Shown: piece by piece, positions 8,508-17,891 of the stretch
Layout of the letters: every line of letters begins with the position of its first letter
How positions within the stretch are numbered: the first letter of the stretch is position 1
From: Candidatus Dormibacteria bacterium
GTDB taxonomy: Bacteria > Chloroflexota > Dormibacteria > Aeolococcales > Aeolococcaceae
NCBI GenBank assembly: GCA_050734155.1
Contig: JBOHUD010000100.1
Coordinates: 16,835 to 80,834 of the forward strand
Direction of reading: 5' to 3'
DNA: 64,000 nucleotides
Notes under the pieces: model-generated
What the model saw: the letters and a program-made list of their open reading frames with translations, nothing else
Database searches by the model: none
Told to the model about the DNA's origin: nothing
Translations under genes and position numbers: made by a program

Positions 8508-10728
8508 GGACGCCGGCGCCGACCCGCCTCCCGAGACGGGGCGGACGGCATCCGATGGCCGGGGGCCGATGGCGTCGCTTCCGCCCGCCGAGGCGGAGGC
8601 GCTGCGCCAGGCCGGCAGGGCATGGGAGGCGCTGCCGGCGGCGACCGGCCCCCCCTCCATCTGGCCGATCTCCCCGGACCTGGGCGCCATCGAGCGCCGC
8701 AGCGGACCTCCGGATGCGCGCTACGTGCGCATCATCCGCTCCGAGAGGCTCGGCTTCGACCGCCTGGCACCGGGTCTGCTCCAGGCAACCCCGCAGTCCG
8801 CCGCCCAGACTCATGGGCTGGCGCATGTCCGGGCGCGGCTGCGCAACACACTCATCGGGGCTCCGCTGAGCACCAGCCAGTACACCCAGGAGCGGCTCAC
8901 CAAGATCAAGGCGCTCGCCGTGCTGTCATCGGACGCGCTGTCGTCGGTGGCCTACGCGACCGAGCAGATCCTGGTCGTCCTCGCCCTCGCCGGCGCCGCC
9001 AGCCTGGGCGTGTCGCTGGAGGCGATGGCGGCAATCGTGATCCTGCTCGCGTTCGTCGTCCTCAGCTATCGCCAGACGATCCGCGCCTACCCCAAGGGCG
9101 GTGGTTCCTACATCGTCGCCAAGGACAACCTCGGTCCGATGTTCGGCCTCATCGCCGCCGCCGCGCTCATGACCGACTATGTGCTCACCGTTGCGGTGTC
9201 CGTGGCCAGCGGCGTCGACCAGATCCAGAGCGCGATCCCGGCAGCGGCCTCGCAGCGCGTGGGCATCTGCATCGGCCTGATCGCTGTGATCATGGTGGGC
9301 AACCTGCGCGGCATCCGCGAGTCCGGCTCGATCTTCGCCGCTCCCACCTACCTGTTCATCGGGGCGATGTTCCTCATGCTGATCACCCTGGTGGTGCGTG
9401 GCCTCACCGGATCGATGCTCCCGGCCAGCGCCACCGCGGCGATCCACGGCACCGAGAGCCTGACCATCTTCCTGGTGCTGCGGGCGTTCGCCTCCGGCTG
9501 CACGGCGCTCACCGGCGTGGAGGCGATCAGCGACGGGGTGCCGGCGTTCAAGCCACCGGAGTGGCGCAACGCGCGCATCACGCTCAGCGTCATGGGGGTG
9601 ATCCTGGCGACCATGTTCATCGGCGTCACCATCGCCGCTCAGCAGCTCGGCCTGCGCCCCTTCGACGCCACGCATCCCCAGTGCGCCGCGGTGGCCTCGG
9701 GAGCGAGCTGCACGTACCAGAGCATCCTCGCCCAGCTGGCCACCCACGCCTTCGGCAGCGGATCCATCCTGTTCGTGGTCGTCGCCGTGGCCACCACCCT
9801 GATCCTCATCCTCGCCGCCAACACCTCGTTCTCGGACTTTCCCCGCCTGCTGTTCTTCCTGGCGCGGGACGACTACGCGCCACATCAGTTCCGGCGGATG
9901 GGTGACCGGCTCGCCTACAGCAACGGCATCGTGGTCCTGGGGCTGCTGGCGATGCTCCTCGAGGTGCTCTTCAGCGCCAATGTCGCCGCTCTCATCCCGC
10001 TCTACGCGGTGGGGGTGTTCCTCGCCTTCACCATGTCGCAGGCAGGCATGGTGGTGCGCTGGCTGAGACGGCGCGAACCCGGTTGGCGCCGCGGGCTGCC
10101 GCTCAACTTCATCGGCATGTGCCTGACCGGGCTCGTCTTCATGGTCTTCGGGGCCACCAAGCTCCTCGAGGGTGCCTGGGTGGTGATCCTCATCATCCCC
10201 ACGCTGGTGGCGATCTTCCGCGCCATCCACCGTCACTATGTGGACGTGGCGGCGCACGTGGCCTCGGAGATCCCGGCCCGCCCCATCGCCGTGCAGGCCA
10301 CCTTCATCGTGCCCATCACCAATCTCAACGCCATCGCCCTGGAGACGCTGACCATGGCGCGGACGTTCTCACCGACTGTCCTCGCCGTCCATGTCTGTGA
10401 CAGCGAGGAGCACACAGCGGAGCTGCGGGCGCGCTGGGAGGCGTGGGGCAACCATGTTCCTCTGACGATCATCGACACGCCGTTCCGCTCCTACATCCGG
10501 CCGCTCCTGGCGTACCTCGACGCCATCGACCGGCAGCGCCCCGACGACACCCTGGTGGTCGTGGTGCCGGAGCTGGTGTCCAACCGCTGGTGGCACAACC
10601 TCCTGCACAACCAGACGGCGCTGCGCCTCAAGGCGGCGCTGCTGTTCCGTCACCGCACGGTGGTGATGAACGTGCCCTACCACATCTCCCACGCGCATCC
10701 CTCCGGCGAGGACGCCGATGCCCTCTGA
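8491..10728 (+). CDS. kimA: KimA-type (APC superfamily) K+/H+ symporter with C-terminal cytoplasmic domain
   Basis: Collinear with my recollection of B. subtilis KimA: LIGAPLSTSQYTQERLTKIKALAVLSSDALSSVAYATEQIL, SYRQTIRAYPKGGGSYIVAKDNLG, LRAFASGCTALTGVEAISDGVPAFK, NTSFSDFPRLLFFLARDDY, IPLYAVGVFLAFTMSQ. The C-terminal domain shows VAVHVCDSEE...RWWHNLLHNQTALRLKAALLF...NVPYH. The start is uncertain (ATG at 8491 or 8569); the track ORF begins at 8380. Confidence 0.85.
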   Translation: MTPLPEDAGADPPPETGRTASDGRGPMASLPPAEAEALRQAGRAWEALPAATGPPSIWPISPDLGAIERRSGPPDARYVRIIRSERLGFDRLAPGLLQATPQSAAQTHGLAHVRARLRNTLIGAPLSTSQYTQERLTKIKALAVLSSDALSSVAYATEQILVVLALAGAASLGVSLEAMAAIVILLAFVVLSYRQTIRAYPKGGGSYIVAKDNLGPMFGLIAAAALMTDYVLTVAVSVASGVDQIQSAIPAAASQRVGICIGLIAVIMVGNLRGIRESGSIFAAPTYLFIGAMFLMLITLVVRGLTGSMLPASATAAIHGTESLTIFLVLRAFASGCTALTGVEAISDGVPAFKPPEWRNARITLSVMGVILATMFIGVTIAAQQLGLRPFDATHPQCAAVASGASCTYQSILAQLATHAFGSGSILFVVVAVATTLILILAANTSFSDFPRLLFFLARDDYAPHQFRRMGDRLAYSNGIVVLGLLAMLLEVLFSANVAALIPLYAVGVFLAFTMSQAGMVVRWLRRREPGWRRGLPLNFIGMCLTGLVFMVFGATKLLEGAWVVILIIPTLVAIFRAIHRHYVDVAAHVASEIPARPIAVQATFIVPITNLNAIALETLTMARTFSPTVLAVHVCDSEEHTAELRARWEAWGNHVPLTIIDTPFRSYIRPLLAYLDAIDRQRPDDTLVVVVPELVSNRWWHNLLHNQTALRLKAALLFRHRTVVMNVPYHISHAHPSGEDADAL

Positions 10729-10763
10729 CCGAGGCGGGCGCCGCCAGGGCTTGGCGCGGCGGC

Positions 10764-11135
10764 TCAGTGGCGCAGGCGGGTCTGTTCGATGTCGGCGTGG
10801 CTCATGCCGAAGTAGTGGGCCACCTCGTGGAGCACGGTGTCGTGGACCTGGTCGACCAGCTCCTCGTGCGTCCTGGACCAGTGCTCGATGTGGCCCTGGA
10901 GCAACACGATCCTCTTCGGGTATGAGTAGCCGCTGAACACCGAGTCCTCGGCACCCTCGTAGAAGCCGAGGACGTGGATGTCGATGTCGTTCTCACGGTC
11001 GTCGTCGGTTGCGGCCGGCTGGACGGTGATGATCAGGTTGTCCGCGTCCATCCGCGCGCGCAGCGGGGCCGGGATGCTGTCGAGCGCATCCGCGGCGATG
11101 CGCTCGAACTCATCTGGGGGGACGCGGTACGGCAC
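10764..11135 (-). CDS. small zinc metallopeptidase-like protein (zincin, DUF1025/SprT-like)
   Basis: 123 aa ending ...VHDTVLHEVAHYFGMSHADIE, with the HExxH motif in the position typical of this family. Confidence 0.8.
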   Translation of the reverse strand: MPYRVPPDEFERIAADALDSIPAPLRARMDADNLIITVQPAATDDDRENDIDIHVLGFYEGAEDSVFSGYSYPKRIVLLQGHIEHWSRTHEELVDQVHDTVLHEVAHYFGMSHADIEQTRLRH

Positions 11136-11164
11136 TGCCGATCACGCTCCCGCCGCGGCGCGGA

Positions 11165-13192
11165 TCATGTGGCGACGCTGCCGGGTGAGGCCACCGGCTC
11201 CGGGGCCAGCCGGGGCTGGCGGCGGCCGACCAGCTCGGCCGGCTCTGGAACGGACGCGGGCCGCCGCAGCGCGGCGAGACCCGCCGGCCGGGTTGGCAGC
11301 GTCAGCAGGGCCTGGACGATGAAGAATCGACGGAGGTTCGCAAAGACGGACCAGAGCGGCAGGTAGACGACCTTGGCGGCCCTCCCGTAGACGGCGGCGA
11401 GCAGCGCCAGGACGTAGATCCCGGGCACCATCGTCAGCAGGACCACGATGAGAAGCGTCCCCAGGTTGGTCCGGTAGGCCGGAACCAGGACGGCGAGCTG
11501 GATGGCGTGGATCATGATGAGCAGCCGCAGCACCCCGGTGATGCGCGCCACGAACAGGCGCAGCATCGCGAACCAGGCGCGGGGGCCGGTGGCGCCGGCG
11601 CGAAAGGGGACGTGCCGCGCGAACATGTGCATCCCCGCACGATTCCAGCGGATCCGCTGCCGGCTCAGCGTTCGGACCGTCGAGGGGACGTCCTCGTAGA
11701 TGCGCACCTTCACATCCAGGACGGTGCGGTAGCCGAGGCGGCCGAGGACCATGGTGAGGTCGGAGTCCTCCCCGTTGATCCCATCGGTGAAGCCCCCGAA
11801 CCCGAGCACGGGCTCGCGCCGGAAGGCGGCGAACGTGCCGGGCACGCACTGGATGGCATCGACCACCTGGAGCGCACGCCGAGAGAGCCCGAAGCCCATC
11901 AGGCACTCGAACAGCCGCATCTGGTGGATCCAGGAGCGCCCCTCCGACGGCTGCACCAGAGCAGACACCTCGCCGACCGACGGATCGGTGAACCAGCGCT
12001 GCGCGTAGGTCAGCGCCTCATGGTCGATGGAGACGTCGGCGTCGATGCGCACCACGATCTCCGCGCGGGTCTGGGCCAGCGCGGCGTTGAGAGCGCGCAC
12101 CTTGCCACCGTGCTCGACGTCGACGACCGTCCCGGTGGCGGCGCGGAATCGCTTGATCGTTCGCCTGGCGATGGCGGCGGTGCGATCGGTGGAGCCGTCG
12201 TTGCCGACGATCACGCGGACGGGGCCGCCGTAGGTCACGGCAGCCCCGTCGATGGAGGTCAGGCAGGCGGCGATCAGCTGGCCCTCGTTGTGCGCGGGCA
12301 CGATCACATCGATGGCCGGGCGCTCCTCGGTGAGCGGCGGCGGGGGCGGACCCACCGCCTGGAGCACGAGCAGGACGCAGTAGATGACCGTGAGCACCAG
12401 CGACGGCAGCGCGTAGGACAGAACGATGGGGAGCAGGCCCTGCGCGTCCCACAGCGCCCGGCCGAAGGGCAGCGCCCACAGCAGTGCGACCGCGGCCACC
12501 AGAACCATGCTGATGATCACGGTGTTGCCGAGCCATCCCTGGTTGCGGCGGGGCAGGTCGACAGGCTTGGGGAGCATGAAGGTGAGGAACGTCAGCCGCA
12601 TGAAGACGATGATCCCCACGACGTTCGCCAGCAGGTTTCCCTGCAGTCCGAAGGGCTGGATCGGCCACCCGGTGAGCGCTCCCAGCATGATCTGGGTGGC
12701 GTCGAGGCAGATCATGGCGGCGAGGTACCAGAGTGCCTGGGCGGCCACCATCGCACGGCGCAGTGGCGCGGCGCGCAGCGACACGGCCAGCCCGAGGATG
12801 TAGGCGACGAGCACGAACCGCGTACCCAGGTGCGCGTGCACGACATAGCCGGCGACGGTCGCGGAGTTGTGCACCGCGAGACGCGCGAGGCCGCCGACGA
12901 GCCCGCCGTAGAGGCGGTCGATGGAGTCGACGCCGGCGCCGATGTAGAGCAGGGAGAGCACGAAGAAGAACACGAAGAACCACGTGGTCCGCCACGGGGA
13001 CGGGGCCGGCGGCGGCACGGGCAGAACCACGTGTGCCTTTCCGTCGCCGCGGTCGTCCCGGTAGGATCTGCGCAGAGGAGCCGCGATCAGGATGGCGAGC
13101 AGGGCCAGATCGGCGATCAGCAGGAGCGCGCCCGGCCCGTCGACGAGGGCGCTGCTCACCTCATCGGCCCGTGACTCGGGTGGTGACGCCAT
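11165..13192 (-). CDS. processive family-2 glycosyltransferase (beta-glycan synthase) with about 8 N-terminal and about 4 C-terminal TM helices
   Basis: IDVIVPAHNEGQLI...VIVGNDGSTDRT...RIDADVSID...INGEDSDLTMVLGRLGY...QRIRWNRAG show the D, DxD, ED and Q-x-x-R-W motifs of cellulose/chitin/PNAG/hyaluronan-type synthases. Start trimmed to the ATG at 13192 (MASPPESRADEV...). Confidence 0.8.
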   Translation of the reverse strand: MASPPESRADEVSSALVDGPGALLLIADLALLAILIAAPLRRSYRDDRGDGKAHVVLPVPPPAPSPWRTTWFFVFFFVLSLLYIGAGVDSIDRLYGGLVGGLARLAVHNSATVAGYVVHAHLGTRFVLVAYILGLAVSLRAAPLRRAMVAAQALWYLAAMICLDATQIMLGALTGWPIQPFGLQGNLLANVVGIIVFMRLTFLTFMLPKPVDLPRRNQGWLGNTVIISMVLVAAVALLWALPFGRALWDAQGLLPIVLSYALPSLVLTVIYCVLLVLQAVGPPPPPLTEERPAIDVIVPAHNEGQLIAACLTSIDGAAVTYGGPVRVIVGNDGSTDRTAAIARRTIKRFRAATGTVVDVEHGGKVRALNAALAQTRAEIVVRIDADVSIDHEALTYAQRWFTDPSVGEVSALVQPSEGRSWIHQMRLFECLMGFGLSRRALQVVDAIQCVPGTFAAFRREPVLGFGGFTDGINGEDSDLTMVLGRLGYRTVLDVKVRIYEDVPSTVRTLSRQRIRWNRAGMHMFARHVPFRAGATGPRAWFAMLRLFVARITGVLRLLIMIHAIQLAVLVPAYRTNLGTLLIVVLLTMVPGIYVLALLAAVYGRAAKVVYLPLWSVFANLRRFFIVQALLTLPTRPAGLAALRRPASVPEPAELVGRRQPRLAPEPVASPGSVAT

Positions 13193-13220
13193 CGGTGTGG
13201 CCGCAGGACGAGAGGGGAGA

Positions 13221-14138
13221 GTGAAGCGGCATCCGGGGAGGGGGGCAGCGCAGTGCGCGATCGGAGCTCTGGCGCTCCTGGTCGGCGCCTCGGTTGTGGC
13301 GTGCAACGCGCCCAGTGGAGGTGCTTCCGCAACCCGGTCGAGCGCCACTCAGCCGACGCAGCCGGTGCCGGCGCCCGGCTCCAGCCGGCTCACCTGGCTC
13401 ATCGCCGCGTCGGCGCTGACCCGCCTGCGCAGCCTCGACGCCCAGTCGCCGCTGGCGGCGCGGTTCTTCGACAACGCCGGCACCGATGTCCTGGTCGGCC
13501 CGCGGGCCGCGGGCATCCCGAGCGGCTGGCGAAGCGTTCCCACCGCGGGATTTCGCAGCTACGCGGACCTGGCCAGCGCCATCGCCGCGGGAACGCTCGA
13601 TGCGTCGATCACCACTGTCCTCTACGACCCGGAAGCGTGGCAGTTCACACCCATCGCCGAGCAGCGCGATCCCGGACGGTACGCGCAGCTGGCCGCCGAC
13701 CTGTGCCGCAGCCACCACCTGCGCCTCATCGTCACGCCTGCGGTCGATCTCACCCAGGTCCTCTCCCCGGGGGCGGCCGACGCGCGCTCCGCCTTTCTGT
13801 CGCTGGGGATCGCAGGACAGGCGGCTCGGGCCGGGGACACCGTGGTGATCCAGGCGCAGCGCTACGAGGCCGACACCGCCCAGTACCGCGCCTTCGTCGT
13901 CCAGGCCGCTGCGCAGGCGCGAGCCGCGAACCCCGGTGTCACCGTTCTTGCCGGTCTGAGCACGGGCCCGGGGGGGAAGCCCGTCAACGCCGGCGACCTC
14001 TACAGCGCGTACCAGGCGACGCGGGACTCTGTGCAGGGCTACTGGCTCAACATCCCCGCGCAGGGAGCCGACTGCCCGACCTGCACCCAGCCCAGGCCGG
14101 ACGTCGCCGCCGGCTTCCTGCAGATGGTGTCGCGGTGA
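13221..14138 (+). CDS. lipoprotein, possible TIM-barrel glycan hydrolase-like protein
   Basis: GTG at 13221 follows GAGAGGGGAGA. The signal ends in the lipobox LVGASVVAC. The mature part (…TVLYDPEAWQFTPIAEQ…HHLRLIVTPAVDL…VVIQAQRYE…YWLNIP) alternates beta-strand and helix like a glycoside-hydrolase-like barrel. Only the lipoprotein call is solid. Confidence 0.55.
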   Translation: MKRHPGRGAAQCAIGALALLVGASVVACNAPSGGASATRSSATQPTQPVPAPGSSRLTWLIAASALTRLRSLDAQSPLAARFFDNAGTDVLVGPRAAGIPSGWRSVPTAGFRSYADLASAIAAGTLDASITTVLYDPEAWQFTPIAEQRDPGRYAQLAADLCRSHHLRLIVTPAVDLTQVLSPGAADARSAFLSLGIAGQAARAGDTVVIQAQRYEADTAQYRAFVVQAAAQARAANPGVTVLAGLSTGPGGKPVNAGDLYSAYQATRDSVQGYWLNIPAQGADCPTCTQPRPDVAAGFLQMVSR

Positions 14139-14150
14139 ACGCACGGTCGG

Positions 14151-15392
14151 TCAGCTGTTGATGCTCACACTTGCCGTCATCCCGGGCAGCGCCTGTTTGG
14201 GTTTGGCGGCGAGGTGGAAGACGACGTCGTACTCCACCTGGCTCGAGCCCTGCACGGCCTGGGGGATGATCTGAGCCAGGGTGACGGTGGCGCCGGTGTC
14301 GGGCAGCGCGTTGAAGGTGGCCGTCGCCGCCTGCCCGACATGCAGCCGCGAGACGTCGGACTCGGCCACCTGGGCGAGCACCACCCAATTCCCATCGGCT
14401 GCCAGCCGGATGACCGGGGACAGCTGGTTGCCCTGCGTCGGCGGCACCGGCGCCGTCGGCGCGAACAGCTGCAATGGTGAGGAGTTGGTCACCAGCGACT
14501 GCGGTCCGGCGTACTTCTGCACTCCGGAGTCGCCGACGATCTCGCCGACGGAGCCGGCCACCTCGCTGATCACTCCCGACACCGGTGCCCTCAGGACCAT
14601 GCTGTCGAGTGCCTGCTGGTCGATGGCGACCTGGGCCTGGGCTGTGGCCACGTTGGCCTGCGCCGCGGCGAGCTGGGCGCCCTGGTTCGCAGGCTGCGCC
14701 GCGGTGACAGGACTGCCCTGGGCCATGGCCAGGTCGAGCTGATAGAGGCTGACCTGGCGCTGGGATTGGTCGGCTGAGGCTCGAGCTGCGGCAAGTGCGT
14801 GCTGGTAGTCGGCGGTGCGCTGCGCGATCGCCTGGCGATCCTGGGCCACCTGGCGCGAGTTGGAGATGCATTCGGTCTGCTGAGGGCCTCCCGAGCAGAG
14901 CGATGCGGACGCCTGCTGGTCGCCGCCCAGGGTTGTCTGGGCGTCGCGGATCGATTGCTGTGCCTGGACGATGCTGAGGTTGTTGACGGACGCCATGTCC
15001 GCCGCCGCCTGCTGCGCGCCGGCCAGCTGCGCCTGGATGGCCTGCACGGTGAAGCCGAGCGCATTGGTCTGGGTGCCGCCCGCCTCCACGTACTGAAGGT
15101 TGGCCTGGGCTGCGGCCAGCTCGGCGCGGGCCCCGTCCAGCTGCAGCTGGGCTGCCGCTGCGTCCTGGGCGGCCAGGACCTGGCCGGCCACGACATGCTG
15201 ACCGACGCTGACACTGATCTGCTCGAGCGCGCCGCGATCCTGGAAGCTCAGGGCCAGCTGTTCTGCCGGCTGGAGCACGGCGGCGAAGGTTCGACTGCCG
15301 GTGAAGTAGGCGGCATGGAGGGTGAAGGCGAGGGCGCCCAATGGGAGAAGGAGCAAGCCTGTGGCTGTGCCGAACTGCCGTCCATTGAGCAT
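14151..15392 (-). CDS. HlyD/membrane-fusion-protein (periplasmic adaptor) family protein
   Basis: Start at MLNGRQFGTATGLLLLPLGALAF (TM anchor). Then LSFQDRGALEQISVSVGQHVVAGQVLAAQD (lipoyl half), a long Ala/Gln coiled coil, LRAPVSGVISEV (second lipoyl half) and a beta-barrel tail ...ALPGMTASVSI. No transporter partner gene is adjacent. Confidence 0.75.
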   Translation of the reverse strand: MLNGRQFGTATGLLLLPLGALAFTLHAAYFTGSRTFAAVLQPAEQLALSFQDRGALEQISVSVGQHVVAGQVLAAQDAAAAQLQLDGARAELAAAQANLQYVEAGGTQTNALGFTVQAIQAQLAGAQQAAADMASVNNLSIVQAQQSIRDAQTTLGGDQQASASLCSGGPQQTECISNSRQVAQDRQAIAQRTADYQHALAAARASADQSQRQVSLYQLDLAMAQGSPVTAAQPANQGAQLAAAQANVATAQAQVAIDQQALDSMVLRAPVSGVISEVAGSVGEIVGDSGVQKYAGPQSLVTNSSPLQLFAPTAPVPPTQGNQLSPVIRLAADGNWVVLAQVAESDVSRLHVGQAATATFNALPDTGATVTLAQIIPQAVQGSSQVEYDVVFHLAAKPKQALPGMTASVSINS

Positions 15393-15419
15393 CGCGTCAC
15401 CCCTCCGCAGCGGATCGTG

Positions 15420-15449
15420 AGTGTAGGAATGCTCAATCCCGACAGTCAA
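15420..15449 (-). promoter_or_regulatory. sigma70-like promoter for the adaptor gene (TTGACT-18 nt-TACACT on the minus strand)
   Basis: The minus strand reads TTGACTgtcgggattgagcattccTACACT about 25 nt upstream of a GGAGGGG Shine-Dalgarno and the ATG at 15392. The -35 hexamer overlaps the stop codon of the upstream response-regulator gene. Confidence 0.4.
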
Positions 15450-16150
15450 GAATTGTCCCGGTCCGCCTCCCTGATCGCATCCAGCGACCACGCCGCCTTC
15501 TGAGCGGCGGCCACGGCGGCGATCTGGGAGCTCACCCCCAGCTTGGACAGCACCCCGCGAACCTGGCTGCGCACCGTGGCCTCGGACACGAACCACCTGG
15601 CGGCGATGGTCTGCACCGAAAGGCCGTCGCACAGGGCGGCGAGAACCTTGGACTCGCGCGGCGTCAGGGCGCGGAAGGGTGCAAGCCGCTCGCGCACGCG
15701 CCGGCGATGGTCGCGCAGCTCACCGAGCAACCGCGACCGCTGCTGCTGGCTGATGATGGCGCGCAGGTTGGCGGCGTCGAGCACCACCCGGAGCAGCTCC
15801 TCGAACGGTCGCGTCTTGTCGACGATGCCGTGGGCGCCGAGCTCGATGCACCTGGCGTTCTGCATCTGGTTGGAGGAGCCGGTGACGATGATGACCCGGG
15901 CTCCGGTCGCGACCAGGGGCGCCACCAGGTCCTCGCCGCGGCCAAAGCCTCCCAGGTGGAGGTCGAGCAGGACGACATCGGCAGGGTCGGCGCGCAGCTG
16001 GCCGAGCACGCTCCGAGGGTTGGTGAGAACCGGCACGTCCACCTCGAGGCCCTCCGCGGTGAGCGCCGCACGGAGGGTTTGCGCCAGCAACTCGTGGTCG
16101 TCCACGATCGCGACCCGGGGCCGCACGGGCGGTACCTGAGGGTCGGTCAC
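15446..16150 (-). CDS. response regulator, NarL/LuxR family (REC + LuxR HTH)
   Basis: RVAIVDDHELLAQTL...VVLLDLHLG...IIVTGS...K (REC Asp/Thr/Lys pattern) and C-terminal LTPRESKVLAALCDGLSVQTIAARWFVSEATVRSQVRGVLSKLGV. Its start overlaps the kinase gene by 4 nt. Confidence 0.88.
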   Translation of the reverse strand: MTDPQVPPVRPRVAIVDDHELLAQTLRAALTAEGLEVDVPVLTNPRSVLGQLRADPADVVLLDLHLGGFGRGEDLVAPLVATGARVIIVTGSSNQMQNARCIELGAHGIVDKTRPFEELLRVVLDAANLRAIISQQQRSRLLGELRDHRRRVRERLAPFRALTPRESKVLAALCDGLSVQTIAARWFVSEATVRSQVRGVLSKLGVSSQIAAVAAAQKAAWSLDAIREADRDNS

Positions 16151-17778
16151 ACGGAGGTGTCAACCCCAGCCGTGGCCGTCGGCGCCGCAGCGCGTTCGGG
16201 TTCCCGCCCCCAGTCCCGGGGAGCTGCGCCCGCCACGACGCCGATCTCGATTCCCCTGTTGCCGTCGCCTCGGGCCATTCCGGCGACGCTCTCCGCCGCC
16301 GGCAGCTCGACCACGAAGCAGGCGCCCCCTCCGCGGCTGTCGCGCACCTCGATCCTCCCGCCCATCTCGGCCAGCAGGCGAGCGCAGACGAACAGGCCGA
16401 GGCCACTGCCCCTGGTGGCCGCGCTGGTGCGACCGCGCTGGCCGCGGAGAAAGATCTGCGCCCGAGCCTCATGCGGGACCCCGGGGCCTTGATCCTCGAC
16501 GGTGAGCACGACCCTGCCGGCCTCGAGGTGGCCGGTGACGATGATCGGGCTGCCCGGCGCGTGGCGGCGAGCGTTGACCAGAAGGTTGTGCACCACCGTG
16601 GCCACCTCGGAGGGCCGGCCCCGGGCCACCAGGTCGCCGACCAGGAAGGAGATGTCGGCGCCGTGGCTGCGCTCGGCGGCGATGAGCGGCGCCAGGACCT
16701 CCACCGGCCGGAAGTCGGTGGTTTCGCCAGTTTCCGCGGCCGCGGCGGGCGCCCGGATCAGGTCCTCGAGCCGCGACAGCTCACTGGTCAGCGCCGTCCC
16801 CAGCGTCTCGCGGGTGATCTCATCCAGGTCATCCTGGTGGCGGCGCAGGGTGAGGTCGGCGGCGCGGATGGTGGCCAGTGAGGAGCGCACATCGTGGAGG
16901 CGCTCCTCCAACCTGGCGGCCTCGGCCTCGCGGGCGCCGAGGCTGGCCCTGAGGTCGGTGGCGACACGGCGGTTGGCCTGGGTGTGGGCCCGCAGCACCC
17001 AGCGCGCCTCCGCCTCGCTGCCCAGCAGGGCGCCGGCAGCGGCCAGGACCAGCACGCAGGCCTCGACGAAGACGACGAGGTTGATCTGCTGTGCCGACGC
17101 CAGCGCGAGGGCGGCGACCACCACCTTGAGGAGGGCGTAGACGGCCAGCCACTGCGGAGTGGCCTGACGCGACCTCGCATACCAGGCAGCGGTGAGAGCG
17201 AGCAGCCCGCCCCAGACGACCAGGGACACCGAGAGGGCGGCGGTCGGATCGCTGTCCCAGGCGAGCACTCCGATCGCCACGGCCAGGAGCACCGAGCCGG
17301 CGGCGACGAGGCCGCTCTGGAGCAGGCTGCCCGCCGGCGCTGCCGGCGCCTCGCTCTGAGCGCGCCAGACCAGCACCGCGACAACCGCGACGACTGCAGA
17401 CGTCACCATCGCGCCCCAGGCGGGGCTCAGGGAGATGTCGAAGAGCGGCTGGGGCTGGCGCAGCGGCACAGTGATGCCGAGCAGCAGCGCGGCAGACCCG
17501 GCATAGGCGGCCGAGCGGTCATGGACCAGCCGCCAGCGGAAGAGCGCGAACAGCCCGGCGCCGGCGAGCAGGAGCAGCTGAAGGATCTGCAGGACGCCGA
17601 GATCCTGCTCCCGCCCCAGTCCGAGCAGTGGGATCAACAGCACCCAGGCCAGGGAAGCAAAGATGCCGAGAAGAGCCAGGTGGATGAGCCGGCGAGCCGC
17701 CAGGGGAGGTGCCGACCACATCGCCGGGCGTCCACGTTCGATGTCCGCTGCTCCCTGGCCGCGGAGTGACGCCAACAT
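16147..17778 (-). CDS. multi-TM sensor histidine kinase (no evident extracytoplasmic domain)
   Basis: About 8 hydrophobic helices, then an H-box LEERLHDVRSSLATIRAA and N, G1 and G2 boxes (LLVNARRHAP, VEDQGPGV, GSGLGLFVCARL). The start is uncertain: ATG at 17778 or 17721. The track ORF begins at 17901. Confidence 0.8.
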   Translation of the reverse strand: MLASLRGQGAADIERGRPAMWSAPPLAARRLIHLALLGIFASLAWVLLIPLLGLGREQDLGVLQILQLLLLAGAGLFALFRWRLVHDRSAAYAGSAALLLGITVPLRQPQPLFDISLSPAWGAMVTSAVVAVVAVLVWRAQSEAPAAPAGSLLQSGLVAAGSVLLAVAIGVLAWDSDPTAALSVSLVVWGGLLALTAAWYARSRQATPQWLAVYALLKVVVAALALASAQQINLVVFVEACVLVLAAAGALLGSEAEARWVLRAHTQANRRVATDLRASLGAREAEAARLEERLHDVRSSLATIRAADLTLRRHQDDLDEITRETLGTALTSELSRLEDLIRAPAAAAETGETTDFRPVEVLAPLIAAERSHGADISFLVGDLVARGRPSEVATVVHNLLVNARRHAPGSPIIVTGHLEAGRVVLTVEDQGPGVPHEARAQIFLRGQRGRTSAATRGSGLGLFVCARLLAEMGGRIEVRDSRGGGACFVVELPAAESVAGMARGDGNRGIEIGVVAGAAPRDWGREPERAAAPTATAGVDTSV

Positions 17779-17891
17779 CGCCTTCCTTCCCCTTCCCGAG
17801 TCAAACGCCCCGCGTCTGAGCGGAGTATAGCCTGCTCCGGGATCGACCGTCCGGCGGGGTCGGTTGCCCCTCCGCCCCTCGACCAACTCAG

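Noticed and set aside
11507-13174. 555-aa plus-strand ORF and other long ORFs inside the GT2 synthase gene
   Set aside because: It is antisense or out of frame to a gene with complete processive-GT2 motifs. The composition (His/Arg/Gly/Asp runs) is not protein-like.
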